Part shown: positions 1-17,136 of the stretch, in pieces
Layout of the letters: every line of letters begins with the position of its first letter
How positions within the stretch are numbered: the stretch's first letter is position 1
From: the human T2T-CHM13v2.0 reference genome, Homo sapiens
Direction: 5' to 3' (one strand)
DNA length: 64,000 nt
Assembly: GCF_009914755.1 (NCBI RefSeq)
Contig: NC_060927.1
Made by a program: the position numbers and the translations under genes
Notes under the pieces: model-generated
Databases searched by the model: none
Seen by the model: the letters and a program-made list of their open reading frames with translations, nothing else
Told to the model about the DNA's origin: nothing

Positions 1-1080
1 CTTTGGGCTTACTTCATCTTCTTTTTCTAGTTCCTTGAGGTATAACATTATGTTGTTTATCTGTAATCTTCTTTTTCAATGTAGGCATTTATTACTACAA
101 ACTTCTGTCTTAGAACTACTTTTGCTACATCCTATAAGTTTGTATATGTTGTGTTTTAACTTTTGTTTGTCTTAAGATATCTTTCAATTTTTCTTTTAAC
201 TTCATCTTTGTCCCATTAGTTGTTTAGGAACATGCTGTTTAATTTCCACATGTGAATTTTCCAAAATTCTTTCTCTTACAGATTTCTAGTTTTATACCAT
301 TGTGCCTAGAAAACATACTTGATATGATTTCAATCTTCTTAATTTTATTAAGACTTATTTTATGTCTTAACATGTGATTTATCCTGGACAATGTTCCACG
401 TGTGCTTAAGAATGTGTATTCTGTTGCTATTGGGTGAAATGGTCTTCATATGTCTGCTACGGTCATTTGGTCTAAAGTGTAGTTCAAGTCTAATGTTTCC
501 CTATTAATTTTCAGTCTGGATGATCTGTTCATTGTTGAAAGTGGAGTATTTAAGTCCTCTATCATTACTGTGTCAGTCTCTTATTCTCTTCAGATCTATT
601 AATATTTGCTTTATATATTTAGGTGCCCTGAAGTTGGGTGCATGTATATTTACAATTGTATCTTCTTGATGAGTTGACTCCTTTATCATTATATGACCCT
701 TCTTCTATCATTTTATAGTTTTGACTTATACTCTACTTTATCTGATATAACTATCACTATCTCTGCTTTCCTTTGTTTTCCATTTGCATGGAATATTTTC
801 ATCCATTCACTTTCAATGTGTCTGTGTTCTTAAAGGTGACCTGAACCTTTTATAGGCAGGATACAGTTGGGTCTTGTTTTTTATCCATTCAGCCACTGTG
901 TCTTTTGATTGGATAATAAAATCCATTTACGTTCAAGATAATTATTGATAAGTAAGGACTTACTACTGCTATTTTGTTAACAATTTTGTGGTTGTTCTGT
1001 AGATCATTTCTTTCATTCTCTCTTGCTGCCTTCCTTTGGGATTAGATAATTTTCTTTATTGGTATGCTTTGATTCCTTTA

Positions 1081-1702
<622 letters not shown>

Positions 1703-2873
1703 TGATTCCTTACTTTTTATCTTTTGTATATGTACTATCAATTTTTTTGTGGTTACCATGAGGCTTACATAAAACATTTTAACGTTATAATGGGATATTC
1801 AAAACTGATAACAATTTAACCTTGGTCACATAAAATAACCCTACACTTTTACTCCATCTCTCACACATTTTGTTTTTGATGTCCCAATTTACAATTTTTT
1901 CTATTGTATATCCTGCAACCTATTGTAGCTATTATTTTTAATAGTTTTATCTTTTAACCTTCATACTGAATATATCATTGATTTACACACCACCATTTCA
2001 GTAGTAAACATTCTGTGTACTTAGTTTTTGCAATAAGTTTTATATCTTCATATGTGTTTGTGTTACTAATTAGCATTTTTTCTTTCAGTTTAAAGAGGTT
2101 CCTTTAGCATTTGTTTTAAGGTAGGTCTGACAGTGATAAACTTCCTCAGCTTTTGTTTGGGAAAGTCTTTGTCATTCCTTCATTTTTGAAGGACAGTTTT
2201 GCTAGGTACAGTGTTCTTGGTTTGCAGTTTTTGAATATATCCTTCAGTGCTTTGACTATATCATTTCACTTTATCCAGATCTATAAGGTTTCTTCCGAGA
2301 AATATGCTGCTAGCGTTGGTGAAATTCTGTTACATGTGACTTGCTTATCTTCTATCTTTGACTTTTGACAGTTTGATTATAATGTATCTTGGTGTCATCT
2401 TGTTTGGATTGAATATGATTGGAAATCTGTGATCTTCTGGTACATGGATATTATCTTTCCCCAGATTTGGAAAGTTTTCAGATATTATATTTTTAGATAA
2501 GCTTTCTACCCCCTTTGTCTTTCTCTTTGACTTCTTTAATATCTTTAACTAAGTATTTGCTCTTTTGATGCTGTCCTATACATCCTGTAAGCTTTATTTC
2601 TTTTCATTCTTTTTGTCCTCTGACAATTTTTTTAAATAACATGTTTCTGAGTTCACAGATTTCTTCAGCTTGTTCAATTTTCCTGTTGATGCTCTCTATT
2701 GCATTTTAAACTTCATTTATTGTGTATTTCAGCTCCAGAATTTCTGGATTTTTTTAAGTAATTCTAATCTCTCTGTTAAATTTCTTCTTTTGTCATTTTT
2801 TATTTTTCTGATATCATTCCATTGTTCTATATTTTCTTGAAGTTAACTGAGCTCCCTTAAGACATTTATTTTA

Positions 2874-3339
<466 letters not shown>

Positions 3340-4804
3340 TCACCTATTGCAGACATTACAGACTAGTTTCACTTTGGAAATATTTTTGAAGGGTATGAGG
3401 AAACTTGCTCACTGGGGTGTACCAATGAATATGCCAGTTGTGTAGTCTCTGTGCAACTCTATCAGCTAGGGAGAGTGTTGATGAAGACTGCAGGTGTCCT
3501 CAGTGGTCAAGACTGTGGATTTCCACAGTGGTAGTGAGGGTTATTGAAGTCTTCAGTGGCAATGGCTACTAAGATCCTCCCACTCTTTTTTACCACTGGG
3601 GAAACTGTGTTTGAAGACCCTTTTGGCACTGGGTCTGGCTCATGGGCTTGCTTGGAGTGACAGTGGCACCAGCGCCAGATGAGTGGTGCCCATGGAATGG
3701 CCACAGAGCTGAACCCAGAAGCATGAGCATGCATGGAGGGACTACAGCTCTAGTATCTGGAGTGGTAATGGCACTGCTGCCTGAAGCACAGACACCTCTT
3801 CTGTTATATTGGTAATAGAATGTGAGGCATGAAGATTTGTGAAGCAGTCAGAGAAGTTGGGAATGGGAAGATAGGTGTGCACAGAGTTAAAGCAGCTTTG
3901 GGGTTAGGGTTGAGTTTACCTTTCTGTAGCTGCTCAGCTAGTACCTGAAACATGGGCATGCCCAGTGAGGGTTTGGCTTCAGGGCCAAGAATGTGAACTA
4001 GCTTACTCTGGTGATGGCTTCAGTGTCTGAGATATGGATTGGCCCAATGAAACCATACAGCCTGGGTCCAGAGCGTGGGCACTCATAGAGCAGCCACTGC
4101 TCCACAGTTGTGGGACACACAGGATTGGAAAAAGTAGTGGTTTTTTTTCAAAGTCCCTCAACAGTAGCAACTTCTTGGGTAAAGGAGAGGTGTGCAGCCA
4201 CATTGCCCTCTTTGGGGATCCCCAGTGGGAATAGCTGTTGGTTACCGAAGTAGCAAAAGATCCTGATGTTTTCTGTGGAACAGGCCCCCAGGGACCATAG
4301 TGGCTCCCACTGCGTGGCTGATAGCCTCCACCTTTGTTCTTTGATCCTAGCCATCTTCTGGCATGTCAGTATGCCAGAATCACCACTGATCCTTCATGTG
4401 TGGATATTCTCTGGGGGTTTTTTGGTCCCACCATTTTGCTGCAGATTATTTAATGGCCTCTCAAGCCCTCCCTGGGCTCTTTTGGTTTGGGAGTAACTGT
4501 CCATATTTGTTTTTGTTAGGAGGAGTTGGTGGATTAAAGCTGGTATCTTCTACTCCCCTATCTTGGTGATATCACTCTTAATTGGATTTTTTTTGTCTTT
4601 TTTTGACTGCATTTTTGATTAACATGTTTATCCAAAACATAGTACTCATGAGAAGTCCAAACACAGAATTCGACACATTCACAAACATCTTCCCTGAACT
4701 AATTAATGCAAATAAAATAACCATGCTTTTTTCTTTCAAACCATAACTAGTATCTCCTCTACATTTAATTTTCTATTAGTAAGTAAAAGTTCAATGATTT
4801 CTAC

Positions 4805-5026
4805 CTTTCACAAAATAATTACTTCAGAATTATTTGGAGTCTCCAAAAGGTGGACATTATTATTGCTGAGGGCAGCAGGAAAAATATATATAACCAGATC
4901 TTGTTAGATGTGGAGGAATTTCTATGGATAACCTCCCTCTTTCCCAAGGGTCAAATATCAATGAATATAGTATTTAGCCAGAAGCAACCTGACCTCCCGA
5001 GTTACATTTCACTGAGTAGAATGGAG
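4805..5026 (-). pseudogene. Pseudo-exon (EVRLLLAKYYIH*YL / GRLSIEIPPHL / YIFPAAL / AIIMSTFWRL)
   Basis: ttatttctctttcattag| ... gaaag|gtagaa; 222 nt; motifs distributed over three frames. Confidence 0.55.
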
Positions 5027-5240
5027 CTAATGAAAGAGAAATAACAAATGAGGAAACATGATATTCTGCTGTGGGTCTTGCTTCCCTCTAAGTAGGGAAG
5101 GCATTCCCTCTTGAATGGAGGAAAAGCCAGAACAAAGATTTAATGGAAATTACAAGATAGGCATGGTAGACCCTGCCAAATTATCTCCTTGTAATGAACA
5201 ACTCTTGTTGTCACTAGTTTTCTTAATGATTATAGCAATA

Positions 5241-5533
5241 GGCCAGGCGTGGTGGCTCACGCCTGTAATCCCAGCACTTTGGGAGGCCGAGGTAGGCAGA
5301 TCACTTCAGGTTAGGAGTTCGAGACCAGCCTGACCAACATGGTAAACCCTCGTCTCTTCTAAAAATACAAAAATTAGCCAGGCGTTGGGGCACATACCTG
5401 TAATTCCAGCTACTTGGGAGGCTGAGGCACATGAATCACTCGAACCCAGGAGGCAGAGCTTGCAGTGAGCTGAGGTTGCACCACTGTGCTCCAGCCTGGG
5501 TGATGGAGTGATACTCTGTGAAAAAAAAAAAAA
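5241..5533 (+). mobile_element. AluS
   Basis: Full dimer with A tail. Confidence 0.95.
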
Positions 5534-5608
5534 ATTATTATTGCAATAATCCAGTACAGGTATCCTCAAAAAAGGGTTAGCAAGACATTAAATAAATAAT
5601 TTTCCTAC

Positions 5609-5768
5609 CTTGTCCCTATGTTGTCCACAATCCTCTCTCCCATACCTCTTTACTAAAATTAATATAGTTATAATATTCTGTGAGGGGTGTGAACAAGTAC
5701 TATTCTGTAAGTGGTTTCATCACGAAACACAATAGGCAGAAAATAGCAATATTCTTTTCCAAGATTAT
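5609..5768 (-). pseudogene. Weak candidate pseudo-exon (SWKRILLFSAYC)
   Basis: aaaattag| ... acaag|gtagga; motif similarity by eye only. Confidence 0.3.
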
Positions 5769-6643
5769 CTAATTTTATAAATTTTTTATAAATTTATTTC
5801 TCTTCATATTACACAAACAAGTTTTCATTGGGTAATCACAGTAGAGATTTTCATTCCAAGTCAGAGTACAAAGGTTTTCTAACAATTATATTTTGTATTT
5901 TTTCTTAGTGACTGATAAATCATGATTATTTTACCTGGCTGTAAAACCTAATGGGGAAACTTGAGGAACACTTAACTAAAAATCTATCATTGGCAATATA
6001 ACATAGTTGGTTTAGAATCAGACAAATCTAATTTAAATTTAGACTATAGTCTAAATTTGGAAAGCAGAACATGAGCTGGATTTTAGCCTCCCCTAGCCAC
6101 CTTAGTTAGGTGCTTCTGTTCAGTGGACAAACTGCACAACTACTTTCAGAAGCATTGGAAGCTACTAACAACAATGGCACCTAAGATTTCCATCATTTAA
6201 ATAATGTCTTGTGAATAAACTTTTTCCCTCTCTCTAGGAAGCCCCTGATCTTTTGATATTCAATTAAAGTAAGATAATGAGATAGACACTTTCACATACA
6301 ACTGACAGGAGTAAAAACTGGTATGAAATCACGGGAGAAAAAGAAAGTGATGATATTCACTAAGAGCCTTACACAAGCTTATGCTGTTTGGTCTAGTAGT
6401 TCCATTTTAAGACTCTATTCTAAAAATAATCAGAGGGACAAAAAATACTTTTGTATAGTGTTATATATAATAGTGAGTATTAGAAATTATTTGAATATGA
6501 TTATAGTGAAATGAAATACTCGGTACCCATTTAAATCACTTCTCAAAAAGTTTCAATCATAGAGCAGAAGTTTATTAAAATATTGAGTAAAAAAAGCAGA
6601 ATGCAGAATTGCATATTTATATGATTCCATTAAAAAATAGATA

Positions 6644-7003
6644 CAGATGGTCTCTGACTTACCATGGTTCAACTTTACAATTTTTGACTTTACAATGGTG
6701 TGAAAGCAATATGCATGCAGTAGAAACCATACTTCAAGTACCGATACAACATACTGTTTTTCACTTTCAATGCAGTATTCAATAAATTACATGAAATATT
6801 CAATAGCTTATTATAAAATACGCTTTTGGTTAATTTTCTCCAACTGTAGGCTAGTGGAAGTGTTCTGAGCACATTTAAGGTAGGCCAGGATAAGCTGTGA
6901 TGTTCAATAGGTTAGGTGTATTAGTGCATTTTTGTCTTACAATATCTTCAACTTACAATGGGTTTACTGGGACATATCCCCATCAAAAGTCCAGGAGCAT
7001 CTG
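6644..7003 (-). mobile_element. MER47A-like non-autonomous Tigger DNA transposon
   Basis: CAGATG...CATCTG terminal inverted repeats, TA on both flanks, 360 bp. Confidence 0.85.
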
Positions 7004-7861
7004 TATATAGAAACGATCCTGAGGTAAACTAACAATAGCATATTTACAGCATTTATCTCTGAGGGGTGTAATTACAGGTGATTTTTAAATTATTCTTGAC
7101 ACAGTGTCCTTAGACCGAGCATTTTTACTATTATAAGCAGAAGAATTACTTTTTAAAATTTTCTTTAAAAATCAATGCATAGGATAGAAAACATTCATTC
7201 ATTAGCCCTGGCTTATTAACAAGTCAATACATGACACAAAGAAATAATGAGCAGGAATAAGGTGATGGGAGGAAGATGCCAGAAATTCTTGGAGTTGAAG
7301 TTATTTTGAGTAGTCTGATTTACAAAGGTAGGAAGCTGAGGCTTTATACTTGGTTGGGCAAATAGGCAGTTAAATGGTATGAAGGATGTCTATTTCTGGC
7401 CAATGTGAAGTACCAGGGACCAGATATACTGCCCCACCTGAAATAACCAAAAATCAGATAAAATATATCAAATAATGGTGTTTTAAAATATGATTTCTTT
7501 TTATTTCCTTCCAGCTTTATTAAGGTATAATTGACAAATTATATATATCTACAATGTACAACATAACATTTTGATATCTGTATACATTGTGAATTAAATC
7601 AAGTTAATTAACATATTCATCACCTCACATACTTAGCATTTTTGTGGTGATAACACATAAAACCTACTCTTTTAGCAATTTTCAATCATATCCTACATTA
7701 CTATTAATTACAGTTACCATGCTGCACAATAAATTCCCAGAATTTATTCATCCTGTCTAACTGAAACTTTGTACCCTTTGATCAACATCTCATTTCTGCT
7801 GCCTCCATCCCTGACTCCCAGACCAGGCAATCACCATCCTACTTTCTGCTTCCATGAGTTC

Positions 7862-7863
<2 letters not shown>

Positions 7864-7892
<29 letters not shown>

Positions 7893-8169
7893 ACAGAGTC
7901 TCACTCTGTCACCCAGGCTGGAGTGCAGTGGCACGATCTCGGCTCACTGCAACCTCTGCCTCCTGATTCATGCCATTCTCCTGCCTCAGCCTCCTAAGTA
8001 GCAGGGACTACAGGCGCCTGCCACCAAGTCCAGCTAGTTTTTTGTATTGTTAGTAGAGACGGGGTTTCACCATGTTAGCCAGGATGGTCTCAATCTCCTG
8101 ACATTGTGATCCACCTGCCTTGGCCTCCCAAAGTGCTGGGATTACAGGCGTGAGCCACCGCGCCCAGCC
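7864..8169 (-). mobile_element. Alu (Sc/Y-like), TSD agttcaattttttt
   Basis: Alu consensus. Confidence 0.95.
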
Positions 8170-8381
8170 AAGTTCAATTTTTTTATTCTCCACATATAAG
8201 ACAGATTATATTTGCCTTTCTGTGCCTGGTTTATTTCACTTTGCATAATGTCCCCTAGGTTTACCTATGTTGCTGTGAATGACAAGATTTCCTCTTTTTA
8301 GAAAAGGCTGAGTAGTATTTCATTGTGTACACGTACCACATTTTCTTTATCCATTCATCTGCTGATGGACACTAAGCTTGA

Positions 8382-8753
<372 letters not shown>

Positions 8754-9370
8754 TAGATAGATACTCAGTAGCAGTACTGTTGGATCACATAGTAATTTAA
8801 TTTTTAGTTTTTTGAGGAACCCCCATGCTGTTTTCTAAAATGGCTCTACAAATTTACATTCCCACCAACAGTGCACAAGTGCTTCCTTTTCTCCATATCC
8901 TTGCCAACACTTGTTATCTTTTATCTTTTTGATAATAGTCATTCTAACAGGTATGAATATCTCTGTAGTTTTGATTTGCATTTCCCTGATGATTAGAGAT
9001 ATTGGGCATTTTTTCACACACCTGTTGGTCATTTGTATGTCTTTTTTTTTTTTTTTTTAGAAAGTTCTATTCAGTTCCTTTGCCCATTTTTTAATCAGGT
9101 TATTTGGTTTCTTCCTATTGACTTTTTTGAGTTTCTTATATGTTTTATAAGATATTAGCCCCTTATCAGATATGTGGATTACAACTTTTTTATCCTATTT
9201 CATAGGTGGTCTCTTCATTCTGTTGATTGTTTCCTGTACTGTGTAGAAACTTTTTAGTTTGATGTGACAGCTTAAAATACACTGGACGTTAGACAAAAAA
9301 GGCTACTCATATCTGAGAGAAAGGAAACAAATTAGGTGAGCTTTACAATTAAATACAAAACAGATAAAGT

Positions 9371-9460
9371 GGCCGGGTATGGTGGCTCACGCCTGTAATT
9401 CCAGCATTTTAGGAGGCCGAGACAGGCAGATCACATGAGGCCAGGAGTTCGAGACCAGCC
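9371..9460 (+). mobile_element. Alu left-arm fragment (3' part deleted)
   Basis: ggccgggtatggtggctcac...gagaccagcc then an abrupt return to L1. Confidence 0.9.
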
Positions 9461-9886
9461 AAGGCAGGTAGAATTCACAAAGCAGAGTGCTAGAGAGAGA
9501 AATCTGCACTGAGTGAGAACTCCAGAGGTCTGCAGAGGATGCTTTTAGCATATTCAACCGAGTACTAATCAATGTATACATGTAAGGAAAATACAAGACA
9601 CCAGGGAAAAAAATATTCAATGGTTCAAAGGTACAATCCTCATACAAGACTGAAAATCATTCCTGTTCTCACTCAGATTGGAAAAATCTCATAATTTGTG
9701 CAATACAAGGTAGATTATATAAAAACATTTTGCCTCAGAAGTAGAACAAAATAAGTCTGAGAGTAAATGCTACTCTGGTACTGCCTAACAAAATGTGATC
9801 CAGAAAGATCAAATCATTTCCATGTAACTTAACCATATCCCAGGAAAAATTCAATAATATTCATAGGTATTGAAAAGTAATTTATT

Positions 9887-9980
9887 CACACCAACATCGC
9901 ACATGTATACATATGTAACAAACCTGCACATTGTGCACATGTACCCTAAAACTTAAAGTATAATAATAATAAAATTTAAA
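9887..9980 (+). mobile_element. Ultra-short L1PA 3' end insertion
   Basis: L1PA terminal sequence ...gtaccctaaaacttaaagtataat; TSD aaaagtaatttatt at 9873-9886 and 9981-9994. Confidence 0.92.
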
Positions 9981-10890
9981 AAAAGTAATTTATTTTACCC
10001 AATGATGTAAAATTATAATCTCTTACATATAGTCAAAAATTACCAGGCATGCAGATAAGCAGAGGAATAATGACTCTTACTTAACGAGAATAAAAATGAA
10101 TCAATACAAACTAATCCAGAAATGACACTGATTATAAAATAGAGGACATTAAAACACATATTTTAAGCATATTATAACTATATTCCATATGTTCAGTAAG
10201 TTACAGAAATGATTGAACATGCATGAAAACTACAATGTCTGAGGTGAAAAATACATGGAATGAAATTAACTACAGGAAGACGTTGCAGAAGAAAAGATTA
10301 GTGAATGAAAAATGTAGAAATAGAAACTATACAAAATGAAAAATCTAGACGGGGAAAGAAGATGAAAAAAATTAACAGAACATTTTTAAGCTGCAGAAGA
10401 GCTTCAAGTAGTCTAACGCAAGCATTACTGAGGTCTCCAAAGGAGAGGAGAGATGGGAAGGCAAAAAAGAACATTAGAAGAAATAACATCTAAGAATTTT
10501 CCAAATTTTATAAATGCTATAATCCCATATATTTAAAAATATGAATGAACCATAAGCCCAAAAACATGAAGAAAAATATAGTAAGTCACATCATTAACAA
10601 ATTGCTTAAAATTATTGATAAAGAGAAAAATCTTAAAAGCAGCCAGTAGGGAAAAACACACTACGTACATAAGAAATAGGATAAAAAAGAGCACAGATTT
10701 CTCATTGTAAACAATCCAAGCTGGAAGACAGTGGAGTAACATATCTAAAATACTAAAAGAAATAAAGTATTAACCTAGAATTCTATACTTAGAAAAAATG
10801 TCTGTTAAAAATGCAGGCAAACAAAAACTCTTTCATACCTAAAAGAATTCATCACCAGCAAGCAGAACTTCACTATAAAAAATGTTAAAG

Positions 10891-11188
10891 GGCCAGGCAC
10901 GGTGGCTCACACCTGTAATCCCAGCACTTTGGGAGGTCGAGGCGGGTGGATCACCTGAGGTCGGGAGTTTGAGACCAGCCTGACCAACATAGAGAAATCC
11001 CATGTCTACTAAAAATACAAAATTAGCCAGGCTTGGTAGTGCATGCCTGTAATCCCAGCTACTCAGGAGGCTGAAGCAGGAGAATCACTTGAACCTGGGA
11101 GGCAGAGGTTGCAGTGACCTGAGATCGCGCCATTGCACTACAGCCTGGGCAACAAGAGTGAAACTCCATCTCAAAAAAAAAAAAAAAG
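10891..11188 (+). mobile_element. AluS (Sp/Sq-like)
   Basis: Full dimer. Confidence 0.95.
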
Positions 11189-11924
11189 TTAAAGGAAGTT
11201 CTTCAATCAGAAGAAAAATGATACCAGATGGAAATCTGCATCTACACAAAGGAATGAAGAGCACCAGAAATGGCAACTATGTGAATAATTATAAAGATAT
11301 TATCTCTTATTGTTTAAATCTCTTAAAAAGATAATTGACTGCTTAAAGTAAAAATAACAATATATTCTGGGGTCTATAACATGAAAGAGTAAAATATGTA
11401 ACAATAATAGCACAAAGCCTGGGAGGAAACAAATGCAAATATAATGTTTAAGGTGTTATACTATATGAAAAATGATTTAATATCACTTTAAGATATACTG
11501 TGATAAGTTAAAGATGTATACTGTAAACCATAAAGCAACCACTAAAAAACCATAGAAGAATTATAGCTGATAAGCTAATAACGGAGATAAAATAGAATAA
11601 AATATTCAATCTAAAATGAGGCAGAAAAAGAAAAAAAGTGAACAAAGAACAGTAGTACACACAAAACAAATTGCAAGATGATAGATTTAAACCCAAACAT
11701 TTCAATATTCATACTATCATATAAATGTATATGATCTAAACACCTCAATTAAAAGGCAGAGGTTTTTCAAGATGGCTTACTAGAGACATTGGATGCCAGT
11801 TCTCAGAAAAAACGAACCAAGGTTACAGGGGAATAATCATGGCCCCAGTAAAATACTGAGAGAAGAGTGCAAGGGCATATTACAGAAATCACAAGAAAAA
11901 GTTGAGATGCAGAAAAAAAAATAA

Positions 11925-12240
11925 GGCTGGGCGCAGTGGATCATGTCTGCAATCCCAATCCTTTGGAAGGCGAAGGCAGGAGGAGTGCTTGAGCTCAGAA
12001 GTTTGAGACCAGCCTGGACAACATACAGGGACCTCACCTCTTCTAAAAGTCAAAAAGTTACCTGGCTGTGGTGGTGCATGCCAGCTACTTACGAGGCTGA
12101 AGTGGGAGGATTGCTTGAGCCCAGGAGGTCAAGGTTGCAGTGAGCAGTGATTGCTCCATGGCACTCCAGCCTGGGTGACAAAGCAAGACCCTTTTTCGAA
12201 AACAAAAAAAAAAAAAAGAAAAAAAGAAAATAAAAAGAAT
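11925..12240 (+). mobile_element. AluJ
   Basis: ggaggattgcttgagccc J-type diagnostics. Confidence 0.9.
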
Positions 12241-13606
12241 GAAGCAAGGTTATGGCAGAGATTGAACCCTGAGGAACTTGGAGTCCTGTGGAAAAGGTAG
12301 GTGAGGGTGTTGTTTGCTCCCCTCACTCCTGCAGCAAACTATTCTTTTCTGAATTGTTGGTCAGCCACTCTGCACTTGCAAGCTCTAGCATTGGCGTAGG
12401 CAGTGATTTGGGAACTTCTTGAGGGCTGAGCACTAGGCTACCAGCTTGTGCAGGGTCACTGCCCTCAGTCCAGACCTTAGCTGAGATGGTGGACACCATA
12501 CTGGTTGTGCACCCATTGTGGGCCTCTGTCCCACCCTGGACATCTCAGTCCTTGTGTCTCTGCATCACTGGACCCCCTGCAAAACATTCCCCAGCACCTT
12601 GGACTGTGGCAACCACAAAGGACTGGCAGGACCCAGGGAGCTGCAGGATTCCCAGAGGTCTAACCTTCAATGCAAATTTCCTACAGGAAGAAAGAGTGCA
12701 GTGTGCCAAAGCACCCCTTGGGACTAAGGACACCAAAGCATGTGTTTTTCTGTGCCTAAGAGCTCCTCACTTGTGAGCTGAAGGTGACTGCACTTCTCCC
12801 ATTGGAGACGTGGGTGCAGCCAGATGGTACCAGTGCTTGCAAACAGATGTGTAGAGGGAGACTTCTTCCCCCTTACCCATTGCTCTGGATGCAACCACAG
12901 CTCTTCTGGCAAGAGACTGGCATGGGTATGCCTATAGATGACCATTCCAATGCTATTAGGGGCAGCTGTACCTCCCTGGGTATGTACCCACCAGGCCTGG
13001 GCTTGCATGAATGGCTGGCCCCTCGTCCTCTCTATAGGGAGTATCAGCATTCCTGCAGTGGAGATTGGGCAACCTGCAAAACTGTCAGCTTGGGGCTGAG
13101 GGAAGAGGTTCCACCTTGAAGCCATTTACACAGAGAGGTTTTGTACTGGTGTCTTCCACAGCCTTCAGCTACATTGCAGACTGGAGATAAATGACAGATT
13201 TTATTTGAACTGAAAGTCAGGGGCCTCTGGACAAGGGTATGATAGGGATGTGGTTTGTTTTCCTGACTGCTCAGCATGTGGAGTTGGTGCAGAATCCCTC
13301 CCTTCACAGCTTCTGTCATCAGTCCCATCAGGTCTGGTACTTGAATGGATCATTGAGGTATCTGTGGGTGAATTTAGCAGTCCAGTGCTGCCCAGCTTTG
13401 TCCCCACCTCAGGGTTGAGCAGGGAACTCCAAGCACCGGGCATTCCACAGACCAGCCCACCCACTGAGACAACAGAGTGCCCCTCCTGGTAAACAAAGAT
13501 CAAGAGCATACCAATCAGCTTCTGCCACAACCGGCTCTTACCCATAAGTGCCACCTACTGATATTGAGGTTGAACTGCATAATCTAATTTAAAATGTGCT
13601 GATAGA

Positions 13607-13988
<382 letters not shown>

Positions 13989-14414
13989 CTAGTCCCACCA
14001 TGTGCAGTAAGCGTGTTCATATGCTCAGCATATCACTGCTACAACCAGGATTTGAGAAAGCCACCGTATTTATAACCAAGAAACTCATAAGACTTGGGCC
14101 CCTGAAAGCACACAGAATCAAAGCCAAACAACCACACAATATACATTACAGTCATACCCTCAAGTGGGGGAAATGCTTTTTAAAAGTCCCATTCAAGCAA
14201 AAGTAAATTAAAAAATAAGAAGTGACAGCTTCTCCAGATAAGAAGGAACCAGCATAAGTATTCTGGCAATATTAAAAAGCAGAGTGCTTCAATACCACCC
14301 AAAGGATCACATTAGCTTTCTAGCAATGAATCCTAACCAAAATGAAAATTCTGAAATGACAGATAAAGGATTTAAAATATGGATTGTAAGGAAGCTCAAT
14401 GAGATCCAAGAAAG

Positions 14415-14809
<395 letters not shown>

Positions 14810-16152
14810 TTAAAAAAACAAAACAAAACTTCTGGAAATGAAATGCTCATTGAAGGAATTACAAAATACAGTTGAAAAGCTTTAACAATAGACTAGACCA
14901 AGCAGAAGAATTTCAGAGTTTGAAGACAGTTCTTTCAAATTAACCTTGTCAGACAAAAATAAAGAACAAAGAACTTTTAAAATGTAAAAAGACTTGAAGA
15001 AATATGGGAGTATGTAAATCGACCAAATCTAAAAGTAATAGGTATTCTTGAGGGAGAAGAAAAACCTATTTGAGAAAGTAATTCAGGAAACCTTCACTGG
15101 TCTTGCTAGAGATTCAGACATCCAGATAAAAGAAACTGAAAGAACACCTGAGAGATACTTTGCAAGATAAACTTCATCAAGGCATATAATCATCAGGCTT
15201 TCCAAACTCACCATAAAAGGAGAAATCCTAAAAGCAACAAGACAGAAGCATCTAATAACATATATACACACACATACACATACATATGTGTGTGTATATA
15301 TGCACACAATCCCATCAGATTTACAGTGGACTTCTCAGAAGAAACCTTACAAGCCAGAAGAGATAGAAGCCCTATTTTCTGTCTTCTAAAGAAAAACACT
15401 GCCAGCCAATAATTTCGTGTCCTGCTAAACTAAGCTTCATAAATGAAGGAGAAATAAAGTCTTTCCCAGACAAGCAAACCCTAAAAGAATTCATCACCAC
15501 CAGACTGGTTCTACAAGAAATGTTCAAAGGAGTTCTAAAGATGGAAATGAAAGAGTAACATTCACCATCATAAAAGCACATGAAAGTTTAAAACTCACAG
15601 ATCTCATAAAGCAATTACACAATTGAGACTACAGGACCACGTTATAACAGGAAAAAAACCTTACATATCAATACTAACCTTGAACTTAAATGGACTAAAT
15701 TCTCCTCTTAAGAGATATAGTCTGGGGGAATGAATTTTTTTTAAAAAAAATCCAAGCTTATGCAGTTTATAAGAAACTTACCTAATGGGTAAAAACATTT
15801 ACAGACTCAAAGTAAAGGGGTGGGAAATATATTCTATGCAAACATAAATCAAAAGCAAGCAGGAGTAACTATACTTACATCAGATAAAACAGACTTTATA
15901 ACAGGTAAAACAGTCAATAACAGTGAAAAAAGAGCAAAAAAGTCATTATATGATAAAGGGACCAACTAAACAAGATGTAACAATCCTAAATATATACGCA
16001 CCCAACACCAGAGCACCCAAGTTCATAAAACAAATACTATTAGATGTAAGAAAATAGACAGCAATACAATAACAGTGGGGGATGTCGACACCCCACTGAC
16101 AGCACTAGACAGATCACTGAGGCAGAAATTCAATAAAGTAACACTAGACTTA

Positions 16153-16647
<495 letters not shown>

Positions 16648-16835
16648 TCAAAACTAAACAATTAAACAACCTATTCCTGAATAATATTTAGTTAAGTGAT
16701 TAAATTAAGGCAGAACATATTTTAAAATTTTTAATGAGTGAAAATAGAGACAAAACATACCAGAACCTGTGGGATACAGCAAAAGCAGTGCTGAAAGGGA
16801 AGTTTATGGGGTTAAATGCCTACATTAAGCAGAAA

Positions 16836-17136
16836 GGCCAGGTGCAGTGGCTCACACCTGTAATCCCAGCATTTTGGGAAGCCAAGGCAGGTGGATCACT
16901 TGAGGTCAGGAGTTAGAGACCAGCATGACCAACATGGTGAAATTCCGCCTATACTAAAAATACAAAAATTATCTGGGCCTGGTGGCAGGTGCCTGTAATA
17001 CCAGCTATTCAGGAGCCTGAAGCAGGAGAACTGCTTGAAGCGGTGAGGCAGAGATTGCAGTGAGCCAAGATCGTGCCACTGCTCTCCAGCCTGGGCTACA
17101 GAGCAAGATTTCATCTCAAAAAACAAACAAACAAAA
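16836..17136 (+). mobile_element. AluS
   Basis: Alu consensus. Confidence 0.93.

Noticed and set aside
4850-5044. Plus-strand 64-aa ORF
   Set aside because: Non-ATG start and no plus-strand splice support; better explained as the antisense of the minus pseudo-exon.
12486-13554. Dense overlapping ORFs in GC-richer DNA
   Set aside because: L1PB 5'UTR; the GC content explains the open frames.
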